From NCBI GenBank assembly GCA_964016885.1, contig OZ024741.1, positions 176,700,001 through 176,764,000 of the forward strand: a DNA stretch of 64,000 nt, read 5' to 3'. The position numbers and the translations under genes are program-made. Shown here in pieces: positions 52,169-64,000 of this stretch (positions are counted from its first letter, which is position 1; each line of letters opens with the position of its first letter). Origin of the DNA: Eledone cirrhosa. Taxonomy: Eukaryota. The notes below the pieces were generated by a model, which ran no database searches, was not told where the DNA came from, and was given only the letters and a program-made list of their open reading frames with translations.

Positions 52169-53282
52169 CTGGAGAAACCAAGGTTTTTAAATAAAATCGA
52201 TCTTCCATCTCTACAATCTTTTCTATAGAGATGAGAAACATGTAGGTGCCTGCAAACAACGAATCAATCTATTATAATTAATACTCATTCACATAATATA
52301 GATCATCACGTTCATGTCTTCATGAGTTTGGAAGTAACATTTAATTCATCACAATGCATGGCAAGAATGTTTGCAAACAATGAATATAAACAAACAATGA
52401 AAGAAAGCAGAAAACAGATGCATGTATATAAATGGCAAATAGAGTGAAATAGAATTTTTAGAACTTTTAGGCTTGTGAAGTGCATAACTATAAAGTTTTA
52501 TTGTGTAAACGTTAAATAAATAATAGTATAAGAGTGCTATCATGTTTTAATTTTTTAAGAGAGAATCAAATTTATAGACTAGCGGGAATGAAAGAAGGTA
52601 CTTTATAATGGAAATTTAATAATCTCTGCATTAATACATTCCCAAAAAGAAGGTTTATTATTATTGTTTAATCGTGTTTCTCACTCGGGCGTAAAGGAAA
52701 GTCTGAAGCAAAGAACAAAATCACCATGATATCGACAGGATTCGTATTTCCGCAGCACTGGAGGAAAGTTACAAAACAAAAATGCTAAGGTGGTTTATTT
52801 ATGCATAAACGATCTGTTTAATTTATATCCGGTGTTACGATATCAGCATAGAGCATTACATTACTCAATGAATCCGGAGAGTGCTACTTTAAGCATTATT
52901 TGGGTGAATGGGAGTTGTATCAAGATAGGCTTATCTGAGCTTAAGTTCACTTGTGTCATTTTATAAATAATGATACCGGGTACTCAGAGGTACTGTATAG
53001 GTTTACGAGATTAGCGGGTTGGCCTCAGAACCTACGTTAGTATACAGAAGCATATACTTATATCGAACATCTGGAAAATTATATCATGGAACTCCATTAA
53101 CCTCATTGAAAACTATTTGGTACACTGTTCTTTCACTGATATTTACAAAATCATTCCGTAGATACGATTTTTACCAACATGAAGTGAAAACTCTTTTATG
53201 TTACCATATATATATATATATATATATATATATCTATATATATATATAGTTAAAAGAATAGAGGTGTAACACACAAGTTATT

Positions 53283-53675
53283 ATATATTGGTAAACGGAA
53301 TAGAAAATGCTGACAAATTGTTCACAGTTGAAAAATGGTTTAATTAGGAATAAAAGAGTATTAGTAATGGTATGGGTTAGTATTCAGTTGTGGTTTTAAG
53401 TTTTTAAGTTTTTACCGGTTGCGCATTTCTAAATGCTTTTCAAAAATAATTTTAAGATAGAGTGTCCGTGTTGTTTGCTCAGATCAGAGCAAACAACACG
53501 GACACTCTATCTCAAAATTATTTTTGAAAAGCATTTAGAAATGCGCAACCGGTAAAAACTTAAAAACTTAAAACCACAACTGAATACTAACCCATACCAT
53601 TACTAATACTCTTTTATTCCTAATTAAACCATTTTTCAACTGTGAACAATTTGTCAGCATTTTCTATTCCGTTTA

Positions 53676-53684
<9 letters not shown>
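53283..53684. mobile_element. near-perfect spacer-less ~400-bp palindrome (fold-back pLTR) in (TA)n
   Basis: centre at 53483/53484 (gctcaga|tcagagc); about two mismatches seen; arm homologous to 56127-56318. Confidence 0.92.
53521..53558 (+). ncRNA. hammerhead-like motif U3:A8 plus A13C (mirror copy at 53409-53446 on minus)
   Basis: ttt TTGAAAA gcatt-taga-aatgc GCAA ccgg TA aaa. Confidence 0.5.
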
Positions 53685-53728
<44 letters not shown>

Positions 53729-54480
53729 GCCTGTCTGTGTGTACATGTGAGGGTGTGCTTGTGTGTCCGTTATGGGATCGAATTATTAGAGATTACAGAC
53801 TAAATATAAATAAAAGTTTAACTGTTAACAAACTATAAAAACATGTGAAAACCAGCTACCAATATGATAAAATAAAAACAATATATCAGTAGTAATCCTT
53901 TAATTCTCATAATTCGTGAGATCAAACTTTTTATCCATTCAGTAACTCACGTAATTAATCGTTTGAAAATAATAAAGTGATAGCCAAATGAAAGGAAACC
54001 AGCCGAGATTTTCTTAAATCCTTATACTTTCTATGATATTTTAGATATAAATTTGAACTTTAATCCTTCAAAATAATGAACTGATTAGTAAGATATATCA
54101 AATCAATTGTATAACACTAAAAACGTGTTATACGCCCACACACACACGCACACAAGTATACACACACACACACACACACACACATACACACACACACAAA
54201 CACACATATAAATATATATACATATACATATATATATATACATATATATATATATATGGCAGTTTCGATGAGATAATAATACAATCATATACAGCAAACA
54301 ATATTTCAAATCTGAAATGTGATTTTATAGTCCACAGTATGATAGGTAAGGGAAAGTTCAGATTTTAATCCAATTAGTAGATTTCCAGTCACAGTGGTTT
54401 TACAACATCAGAGACCATATATAAAATGAATATAAATAACCAGGATTTAATTACAATAAATTATTTAAAGGTTTTACGAA

Positions 54481-55965
54481 CGTTTGTTCCAAATACTGTA
54501 AGAATTACAGTATTTGGAACAAACGCATCGTAATATTTTCAGCATACTAATAGGTGCAAACCAGCAAATAGAGTCAGACGTAGAGAGTACATATGGTATA
54601 ACCCCGTGTACAATATTTCTATTAGCACTAAGATTATCTCACAATTCTATACACTAATCAATAAACACTTTACAACTTCATATAAATACTATAAAATCTT
54701 TAACTCGCGCACCATTAGACTCTCATACTCCACTGCACCTAACATAGAACAACTAATTAAAAAACTCAACTCAGCAATACTAAATAAGTACATCCCTAAT
54801 GATTCAGCGCACCAGCATAGCAACATACAACGCACTAACACGCAACTACAACCCACCAAACTATCTAGGATACTACTGCAAAACATAAAAATAATTGTAA
54901 CTGCACCAAACCAGGTACGTGCCCACTGAATAACCAGTGCCTAGCACGCAATATTGTCTACCGATGTTCAATAAATTCCAGAACCAACAAATGGTATTAC
55001 ATCGGATGTACCGCAACTTCTTTCAAAGCTCGCCTATACCAACATCGATCTTCGATCAGGCACGAGAAAATGCGCTCCGTAACAACCCTCGCCGATAAAG
55101 CCTGGCAGCTCCCGAGGAACAATCAAGCATTCTGCCTCGATTGGCAAATTATTGCCGCTGCGCCTGCATATAAGCAAAATCATCGACTCTGTAAATTATG
55201 CAATATGGAGATATACTGCATTTTAACGTCGGTAAACAAACTTTTGAACAGCAAAATTGAACGTTCACTGTACTGTAACCATCGTTTGAAAACGACTTTT
55301 TCTTTTTTTAAATTCATGTAATGTTACCTTTTTACACCACCGTTTGCAAATTTCTGTTATGTTTATACACAAGATATGGCTTTCTATAATAATAGTACTA
55401 AACACTGTTTTCTGGACCCCTTTAGAAATAACCTGCTACTATAATAGCCCCAATAACTTGTCTGTAACTCTGTACCACTTTGACCCCTTTAACTAAATGT
55501 TGTCCAAACAACACCACTAGAAGAATTTACTTCTCCCGCCAACCCTAACACGCCTCATTAAGCTAACTGCTGCCAAAACATTCTCTCCTTACAATCTCTA
55601 CTAGTCTGACAGTCTTAATTCCTAGGATTCCCTCCCCCTTACTCACTTCCCTCTTCCTACCTCCTTCTTTCTCTTTTATCTAGTGTATAAAATATTTTCA
55701 TATCATTCCAATACAAAGGTCTGACGACAGCGTGTGTTTGCTTGCAGTGTACCTTCGGTTTATGATAATATTTTTATATTATTCAAATAGCGAGGTATAG
55801 GTAACCCATACACTATAGAAACAATTGTTACCTAATAAATTCTTTATACCCGCATTTCCGTTTCATAAACTTCTTCTCCAAATTTTCTCCGGATTTTAAA
55901 ACACGCTTTATTAAACGTTGAGCAATCTCCGACGTCGGTTGACTCCATCCAATGCAACTACTTAG
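54481..55965 (+). mobile_element. 5'-truncated Penelope-like element (linker + GIY-YIG + pLTR)
   Basis: YIWYNP/YNISISTKI...YYKIFNSRTIRLSYS; CNC...CPLNNQCLARNIVY...YYIG; CKLC...CNH; 45-bp palindrome at the 5' junction; HHR in the 3' region. Confidence 0.88.
55717..55833 (+). ncRNA. hammerhead with 90-nt stem II domain
   Basis: aggt CTGACGA [agcgtgtg/catacact, tacct.cg/cgaggta, ataata/tattat pairings] GAAA caattg TT acct. Confidence 0.72.
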
Positions 55966-55986
55966 TAACATTGGAATACAAATTTA

Positions 55987-56126
<140 letters not shown>

Positions 56127-56650
56127 AAGGTAAAAGGAAAATAAATTGCTGACAAATTTTTCCCACTGAAAAATAGTTTAATTAGGAATAAGTATAAATT
56201 AGTAATAAGTATTGGTTAGTATTCAGTTTTAGTTTTAAGTTTTTACCGGTTGCGAATTTCTAATGCTTTTCAAAATTAATTTTGAGATAGAGCGCTCGTG
56301 ATGTTTGCTCTAATCTGACCAGTTTTGGAAATTCTTCCTGTTTTATGTGAAAAAAGTGGCTCCAGAGGTATTAAGATTTGATTGGTTGTTTAATGTCACG
56401 TGAATAAGTACTATACATTTCGCGCCAAGGACTCAAGTATAGACTACTCCATTCAATGGAAAGCCATCACTAAGTCTAAGCCATACGCAAGGGGAAATCC
56501 GTCGTGCGGACTATGTATTGATGAACGAATAAATATTCTAAAGAAATAATGAAATAGCGATTTCCTAAACACGAAAAATAAATTCTTCACACGTTGTCCA
56601 CACGTCTCAAAACACCTCTTACGTAACTACAAAGCTCCGGATTGAATTAC
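56127..56650. mobile_element. inverted pLTR (56127-56430, minus) joined to a PLE endonuclease C-terminal remnant (plus)
   Basis: IQWKAITKSKPYARGNPSCGLCIDERINILK...FFTRCPH at ~56450-56605; HHR-like TTGAAAA...GCAA ccgg TA at 56240-56277 on minus. Confidence 0.7.
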
Positions 56651-57130
56651 AACAACATCCTAATTTTCTTATCAACTAGAAACCTTTCGGACTTTCGCAG
56701 TTATTTCGCACCTCTCGCGCGCATTTCAGTATTGCCTGTGTCAAGCGATTGTTTTTGCGCATGCGTGTTCGTACGGTTGTCAGTCCTGTTCCGTATAATC
56801 ATGTCCATTACGAGCTGAGGATCCGCTAAGAGGAAACAATTGTTCTCGGTATGGTGAACTAACTTTTGTGTAACCAGCGATTCTGCGGAGGTTACTGATC
56901 TTATCGACCTTTTCCTTCCATTCTCTATCAAGAAAGAATTCTCCAACGTGGGTGGTGGTTTGTACCGTGATGATGGTCTTTTGCCCATGACTTAGTGCGG
57001 CCCACGTGCTTGCGACAGGTTCAGAAAAGAACTCACAGGCTTCTTTAAAGGTTTCAACCTCTCCATACAGGTTGAGGCCAACCTCTCGGTCGTTAATTAC
57101 CTCGACTTTATCCTCAATTTATCGAATGGC

Positions 57131-57934
57131 TTGCATCAGAATGATACGCTTAATTACATAAGTAAGAATTCTAACCATCCTGCCAGCATAACCAAGAACC
57201 TGGTAAGAAACGTTTCTTTGAGGATTTCTCGTCTATCTACTAACGAGCATATTTTCAACGACCATTCCACATATTACAATGAAGCTCTTGCTCGGAGTGG
57301 ATTTGTCGATAATGTAGCATATACAGAGTACGAGAATAGACCTAGAAGAAATAGATACAGACGCATTATATGGTATAATCCACCATATAATATGGAGGTG
57401 GCCACACCATTAGCTAAGATCTTTCTCTCCCTTATTATGAAGCATTTTCCCCCTACACATAAATATTGTAAAATTTTTAATGGAAATACTATAAAGATTT
57501 ATTACTCTACGACTCCTAACCTTGCACATAACATCACAGCTTCAAATTTAGCTAAACTACCTAGCCGTAGGAACACGTGCAACCCTGTCGTTAGTACTAA
57601 CTGTAATTGTAGGAATCGGGTTGACTGCCCTCTATCTGGGAAATGCCTCTCAAGTAACATTGTCTACAAATGTAAGGTTGAAACACCCACTTCCCGTAGG
57701 GCCTACATAGGGTTAACCGCCAATAGATTCAAGCAGTGTCTTTATATGCATACACATTCTTTTCGTTCCCCTTTAAGAAGGAATATGACGTCATTTTCAG
57801 CTTATATCTGGAGTCTAAAAGACAATCACACCGAATATAAGTTACACTGGGAGATCCTAGCTAGGGCTAGATCGTATAACGGAAATAAAAGACCATGTGA
57901 TCTCTGCGCTGCTGAGGCCCTGAAAATACTCTAA
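57131..57934 (+). pseudogene. PLE RT thumb + GIY-YIG endonuclease fragment (premature stop)
   Basis: 267-aa ORF homologous to 19210-20187; the frame continues after the stop (QILNKKYEAISAC). Confidence 0.88.
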
Positions 57935-59047
57935 GCCAAAGACCAAATCTTAAACAAAAAATATGAGGCTATTTCGGCTTGTAAACAAAGCTTTCCTGCA
58001 TTACAGCCCCACATTATATCCTAACGGATAGTTCGAACTATACGCGGATATTATACGTCTTGATGTGGTCGCTAAGTATATGTTATGTTTATACCATTAC
58101 TTATTTGTATAGGTAAGTATATATTACCTGTATGTTTTGTGAAGGTATGTATACTTTCTCGTACGTATATTTGATTGTATATGTTATGGCGTATATTTAT
58201 ATATTCTGGTACATATGCTTTTGGTTATGTGTATACGCGAGTTTTGCGTCTGTGTGAGTATGCGGGTTCGTACGTATGAAGGGTGTGTGTATATGTGTAC
58301 TTCATGTTTTGTTTGACGTACGTCTCCGAACATAAGTGTATTTACATGTAGGTATGTGTGTGCGCTTGTTATATACGTATTTATTTATATACGTTTATTT
58401 AATGTTATGTATACACGCACACACACATATATACATATATATTTTTTTTTTTATATATATTTGTATGTGTATTTGGTGTATACATTCGTATGCGTGCGTG
58501 TACAGGCGTTGCGTGGCTTCTGGATGTGCGTGCGTGTTTTTTTTTGCGTGTACGTGCGTGTATTTGTATACCTATGGCGAGTGTTTTCGCGTATGCTTGT
58601 GTATGTACGTATATGGATGCGTGTATGTATTTATTTAATTTCATTTACCTCTGTATTTTATTTACTTTATTCTTAACTCTGAAGCCGAGTATCATTCGGT
58701 CTCCTAGTTAGAATTTTAGTCTACGACTTCAGTTATACCATTTACGTGGTTTTTTCTTTGCGTGCAATTGTTTTCCCCGCTCCACATATGACGTATTCTC
58801 TTCGTTTTTCCGTTCATTGCCAAAGAACGTTTCTACGACCACCTAAGAGAACATTAGTCTACGACTTCTTTTATACCATAAACGTGGTTTTGTCTTTGCG
58901 TTTTTCACCGCTCCAAATAATGACGTATTATATTCATTTTTTCCCGTTCTTTGCCAGGGAACGTTTCCACGAACCAAAGTAATGTCTTCCTCCGGTTGCA
59001 ACGTTTTTTGAAATCTTCACTTCTGCGTTCACATATTGACTTTGTTA

Positions 59048-59096
59048 GTTTCAGAAGATCCCGTTAAGGATGAAAGCAGCGATTCTTTGCTTAAAC
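59048..59096 (+). ncRNA. hammerhead in PLE 3' end, U4A variant or mutation
   Basis: gttt CAGAAGA tcc-cgttaa-ggat GAAA gca...tgc TT aaac. Confidence 0.6.
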
Positions 59097-59205
59097 ATTA
59101 ATCTGTTATTTTAATAAATATTTGCTCTACGGTTCTTATATATTTGATATATATTTATCCTTATCGAGCCCTCTTTGGATTTTACTCTTCAAATTTTATT
59201 AATAT

Positions 59206-59243
<38 letters not shown>

Positions 59244-59308
59244 AGGCACAAATCCGTTTTAGAAACGGATATCTGAAAATTTGGTAGGAACTAAATAGTA
59301 TTAGTATT

Positions 59309-59378
59309 GACGTACATGGGACACGAACCCACATCTTTCGTTTGCCGGGCCGATGTGTAACCATTACACCAACACGCC
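59309..59378 (-). pseudogene. tRNA-like sequence (pseudo-tRNA or SINE head)
   Basis: minus strand: ggcgtgt tggtgtaatggttacac...gtgggttcgtgtcccat gtacgtc; A and B boxes and T-arm present, acceptor and anticodon stems imperfect. Confidence 0.6.
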
Positions 59379-59435
59379 ACCCATGCATCTTTCCATTCAA
59401 CTAAAACCTATGTAACGATGTCTTATAAAACGATT

Positions 59436-59891
59436 AGGTGAAGGTGCTATGGGATTTCAGGATACAGGCAAACAAAACATTACAACACAATAAGCCTGAC
59501 CTGGTGGATTTTGACAAGGAAAAAAGATCGTGCCTGATTGTAGATGTAGCCTGCTCCTTTGACTCAAGAGTACAGGAAAAGGAGAAGCAAACATTAACCC
59601 ATACCAGGATTTCAAGTGGGAGTTAAAACGGATTTTGGACTTTCATGAGATCAAGGTCGTGCCGATTGTCATAGAAGCACTAGGTACTATCTCAAAGAGT
59701 TTTCAAGGATAGTCAAAGAACATTAGCCCAGCCTCTTTTTGCAACACTTCAAAAGGCATGCTTCCAAAAACTCTCTGATACGTCCTGAATATCTGAGGCT
59801 GCAGGTAGCAGCTTGATGTTCATTTGAAAAAACTTTCCAGTTAAATAACATTAATGACTGAGACTCCAATAATAATTAATAATAATAATAA
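59436..59891 (+). mobile_element. R4/Dong-like LINE 3' end (restriction-like endonuclease) with (TAA)n tail
   Basis: KVLWDFRIQ...HNKPDL...IVDVACSFD...KEK, VVPIVIEALG; taataa tail 59868-59891. Confidence 0.85.
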
Positions 59892-60100
59892 GGATTTCGT
59901 TATTAGCCACACAGGGCTCACATTAAGGAAACATTAAATACGATGCAGGACGATACAGTGTGGGGTTTTCTTTGTGTAAAATAAAATGTATAAAAGAGAC
60001 TAAGAAAATGAACATTTAAAACAAACATAACAACTTCCCCAAAGTTGAGGACACTGGGTTTCTGTCGAGCATCTGTTGTCACGTGTATGACGGATCCGAC

Positions 60101-61180
60101 TATCACATTCCATTTCAGAATTTCCGCACTGTACATAATAATAGACACTGCACTTATCACGTTCCTGCTATCTAGATGTGATTTTATTATGTCCCTTACT
60201 CTCCTTATGTATTCAGATGTTATCAATTCCTTCAATTTATTGTTCTTAATGTCATCTGCATCCAGAACCGCCAAATATGTGGATACTTCTTCAGTGTCGA
60301 TTGCCTTTATCATCTCACCTGTTGGTACCTGGATTACGCTGCTCCTGTTCAATTTGCCTCTCCTCATCACTAGGACTCCACACTTATTAACACAAAATTC
60401 CATACATATATCATTGTAAAAATCGGACATATTTAATAAGTACATCTAACTCCTTTCGCTTTTCCCAAAGAGTTTTAGATCGTCCATGAAAAAGAGGTGG
60501 TTGATGGTAAGCTCTCCTCTTCCCAGCTTGTATCCTGCTTTGACGTTTCGCAATATGAGGGACAAGGGTATGAGGGTAAGGACAAATAACAAAGGGGACA
60601 AACTATCTCCTTGGAAGATACCCCTCTTGATCTTCACGCCTTCCTAGGATTCTCCACCTGATGTTAACTCTGTTTCCTAGGACTTCATACTTTTACATAA
60701 TAGCTGTGTAATGTTGTCTACCACTCTGAAGATCTCTAGGCTTTTGGTTATGCAAGAAGGAGGAACCATGTATAATGCCTTCTTGAAATCTATCCATCCC
60801 ATGGTAATACCAGTATGCCTCCTCTTGCGATTCCTTATTACCATCTTATCAATAAGTAACTGATCTTTTGTACCACGGGACTTCTTTCGCCATCCTTTCT
60901 GTTCGTCCGGCAATAAGTTGTAGATTTCCTCAGACACAATGCTTGTTAGTAGTTTCCACATTACGGACAGACATGTGATAGGCCTATAGTTGGTAACCTC
61001 ATTACCTTTGATTCGGTCTTTCATTGCCTGAACTGTGGTACCATGTGTGAACCACTCTGTTACTTCACCCGATACCAAGCAGTCATTGAACATGGCTGTC
61101 AGTTTTGGGTGGAGGGATGTTACATTTTTTATCCAATATCCTTGCACACCATCTGGGCCTGGTAATTTCCAGTTGGTTAA
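60101..61180 (-). mobile_element. R4/Dong-like LINE RT fragment
   Basis: NWKLPGPDGVQGYWIK, NYRPITCL, EQKG...GTKDQLLID, WIDFKKA, RGIFQGDSLSP, HLFFMDDLKL; 5' end abuts a (TAA)n tract. Confidence 0.9.
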
Positions 61181-61954
61181 TTTATTATTATTATTATTTT
61201 ATGAAGGATTGAGGGATATTATGAATTAGTGATTTAGAAATGAGATATTGTGAGAGCTTCGAGCAGATAAAATGGTATGGAATTAAATCTATATGGAAAT
61301 ACACATAACAGACACATATGTCTCGCTTCAGGTGTGCGAGTAATAAAAGTTGTATAATATTAAGTTGATGATTCAAGTTAAAAAAAATCACCGATATAAT
61401 ACGTTTTGATTATCTCGGCATTACGGCTGCATCAGGGTTTACAGCATTATACACTTCAAACGTGAATAGTTATATAGATATTTAACTGGCTCTAACATTT
61501 TTGTATTTATGAAACTCTTCACAGAAACCCACAAGCAAATACACACCTTTATATTTGAAATGAGAAACATGTTTATTTAGAAGAAACCATGGATATAGAT
61601 TTTAATTCCCTGGCTCATATATTATATATATTTGGTATATCTGCACACATCATAGAAGAGAAAGCTTTAGATAAACTTCTAATTGATATGGTGGTAAAAG
61701 GTTAATGAAAAGACGATATGTCGTACTAATTTCTTCCCAGGGGCATCGGTAACAAGAATAATTTTAATTGGATTCAAGTGCATATCGATATAGTCTTGCC
61801 ATGTGATTTTGTTTGGAATATCGTACTTGGACGATTGCTCAAAGGTGATTAGTTAATTCTTATAATAACAAGCAGAAGCTCAAAGAAATATTAGGACGTT
61901 ATATAATTGTGTAAATTTACCTTTTGAGTTTTGTTTGTTTCATTGATTAACTAT

Positions 61955-61985
<31 letters not shown>

Positions 61986-61998
61986 ACATCTATCTATC

Positions 61999-62045
<47 letters not shown>

Positions 62046-62411
62046 GTGTGTATGTAAGTGTGTGAGTGTGTACGTCTGTGTGTGTGCGGGCGAGTGTATA
62101 CCTGTGTATTTGTGTGGGTTTGCATCCAGGAGAGTGATATTTTATATAAAGTATTCCTGGTATTCCTGGTATTCCTGGTAGAAGATGGTACATTTTGATA
62201 TGATATATATAATTTGCTCTTATGTCTAACAGTTGCAGAAACGAATAACTGGACATTAATTCGTTGGTTCGGATCACATACTATGAATGTATCGGTCTGG
62301 ATTTAGTACAGACACAATGTAATCAAATTTTAATCATATGAGATTTATAAAATAAACTTATTATCATGTATATATCTTGAAAAAAATACTAAAATTATGT
62401 TTTAAAGATTA

Positions 62412-64000
62412 CACCGTGTAACAAAAAATGTTTTTTCTCTGTTCCTGGCTTGTAATCACCTTTTTTGTGTTGCTTAGGTCCCAAATAAATAAAAAAGTGC
62501 TATTAAACAGTTAAAAGTTTGGGTTTGTAAATATTCTAAGCTATTAACTAGAATTATTTGTATGCTGGATTTTCTGTTGTATGTAAGTTTAATTTGCTTA
62601 TGTTAAATGATTTGTTTTATATATGTTTCAGGTTAAATTAAAATTATAAAATAAAGTGTAATACCTAAAGAAAATTATAAAAGTGCAATAAAGTATAACA
62701 TTGTTAAAAAGTGGTTTAAAGAGATTTATTGATACTGGATTTTCGCACCCTGAATAAAGGGTAAGTTGTGTTTTAAGCATTCGTCTCCAGGATGAAGCAG
62801 TGGAACTCGGTCAAGGAGGAAATGCAGTTGACAAGTCAGAGAAGTCGACACGAACCTTTCTCAGGCTTTTACACTCTTAGGGATGGCCTCTGCTTCAACC
62901 ATGACGTGCCTGGACTGTTTGACGTTATTGGGGTGCCGTTTGTGCCCAAGGAGTGGCGGCTATTTATAGACAGCTCCACCACAAGTTTGAAGGTTGTCCT
63001 CCTCCATAATGGAAACAGTCTGCTTGAAGGAAGATTACTACAGTGTGAAAGTCCTCTTGGAGGCTCTACAATACAACCAGTACAATTGTGAAATCATTGG
63101 AGACTTCAGGATGGTAGCTTTCCTGCTTGGACTCCAAACAGGCTGTATCAAATTCCAATGCTTCCTCTGCCTTTGGAACAGCAGAGCTACCTCTGACCAC
63201 TACAAAAGAAAGAACTGGGAGCAGCGAACAGAATTTGTAGTTGGGACCCGGAACGTCATGTGGGAGCCACTGATTGATCCCAGGATTGTGCTCATTCCGC
63301 CACTGCACATTAATTTGGGGTTGATGAAGCAGTTTGTGAAGGCTTTCAACCAAGAATCAGCCGCTTTTAAGCACCTTCTTGAGTTCTTCCCCAAGTTATC
63401 TGAGGCAAAAATCAAAGGTTGAATTTTTGTTGGACCTCAGATAAAGAAGGTGTTTGAGTCTACCGAGTTCTCCAATAAGCTCAATAGGATTGAGAGAACA
63501 GCATGGAACTGTTTCAAGGCAGTTGTTAAAGGCTTCCTGGACAACTACAGAGCTGAAAACTACCAGCAACTGGTGCAGGATCTGATATAGGCTTATGGTG
63601 CAATGGGATGCAGGATGTCGCTTAAACTCCATATGCTGGACGCTCACCTGGAACAATTCAAGGATCATATGGGCGCCTACTCAGAAGAACAAGGCGAACG
63701 ATTTCACCAAGATGTGAAAGAGATAGAGTGGAGGTACCAGGGCCACTACAATGAAAACATGATGGAGGACTATATTTGGGGGCTAGTGCCGGAATGCGAC
63801 TTGGACTACAACCGCAAATCCACGAAATCCAGTCATTTCAGACGTGTATACGTTGCTTTATAAGTGTTATTTGTTTTTACTTATTTGCTTTTGATAAGCT
63901 AGTGTAATAAAATAAATATATACTCTGTTTAATTAATTATATGAAATGATAAATTTTTTAAAATGTGTTTTTTCTTGAAAAATATGAAAATTTCGAAATA
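62412..64000 (+). mobile_element. Chapaev3-like (CMC) DNA transposon, runs past window end
   Basis: starts caccgtgtaacaaaaa after TTA (TWA-type target); transposase remnants downstream; superfamily assignment from recall. Confidence 0.7.
62780..63863 (+). pseudogene. disrupted Chapaev3-like transposase
   Basis: WRLFIDSS..SLKVVLLHNGN, GDFRMV, CFLCLWNSRA, PPLHINLGLMKQFVKA, MSLKLHMLDAHL, SEEQGERFHQD...RYQG; frameshift and stops; N-terminus missing. Confidence 0.85.

Larger units (their letters stand above)
56876..59208 (+). mobile_element. 5'-truncated Penelope-like element (RT C-terminus, GIY-YIG, long 3' UTR)
   Basis: SDSAEVTDL, GLYRDDGL, NYLDF, SNHP, IIWYNPPY, CNCRNRVDCPL, IVY...AYIGLT, CDLC; ~138-bp tandem duplication 58717-58980; ends in (TA)n. 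Confidence 0.92.

Noticed and set aside
59309-59378. Functional tRNA gene
   Set aside because: Several G-U pairs in the acceptor stem, mismatched anticodon stem and atypical T-loop; kept only as tRNA-like.
61392-61440. Minus-strand CTGATGC...AAAACGTA motif
   Set aside because: Two core mismatches and no stem I.

Overview
AT-rich animal genomic DNA made almost entirely of microsatellites ((TA)n, (CA)n, (GAA)n, (CAT)n) and decayed mobile elements. I could not support any host protein-coding gene. The SINE repertoire and TA-rich landscape resemble coleoid cephalopod (octopod) genomes; this is inference from recall. Recognisable elements: several Penelope-like retroelements (PLEs; RT + GIY-YIG, with inverted pseudo-LTRs), RTE-type LINEs (some with (GAA)n tails, one 5'-inverted), an R4/Dong-like RLE LINE, about ten tRNA-derived SINE copies (three with clear TSDs), a hAT-like MITE, a decayed hAT-like transposase and a Chapaev3-like DNA transposon. 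The most striking signal is roughly 20 type-I hammerhead ribozyme (HHR) motifs. Many sit in short non-coding fold-back (palindromic) insertions in (TA)n tracts, with one ribozyme on each strand. They include a family with a U3:A8 core covariant (UUGAAAA instead of CUGANGA) and families with 50-90 nt stem II extensions. All structures were folded and aligned by eye, and element boundaries are approximate.
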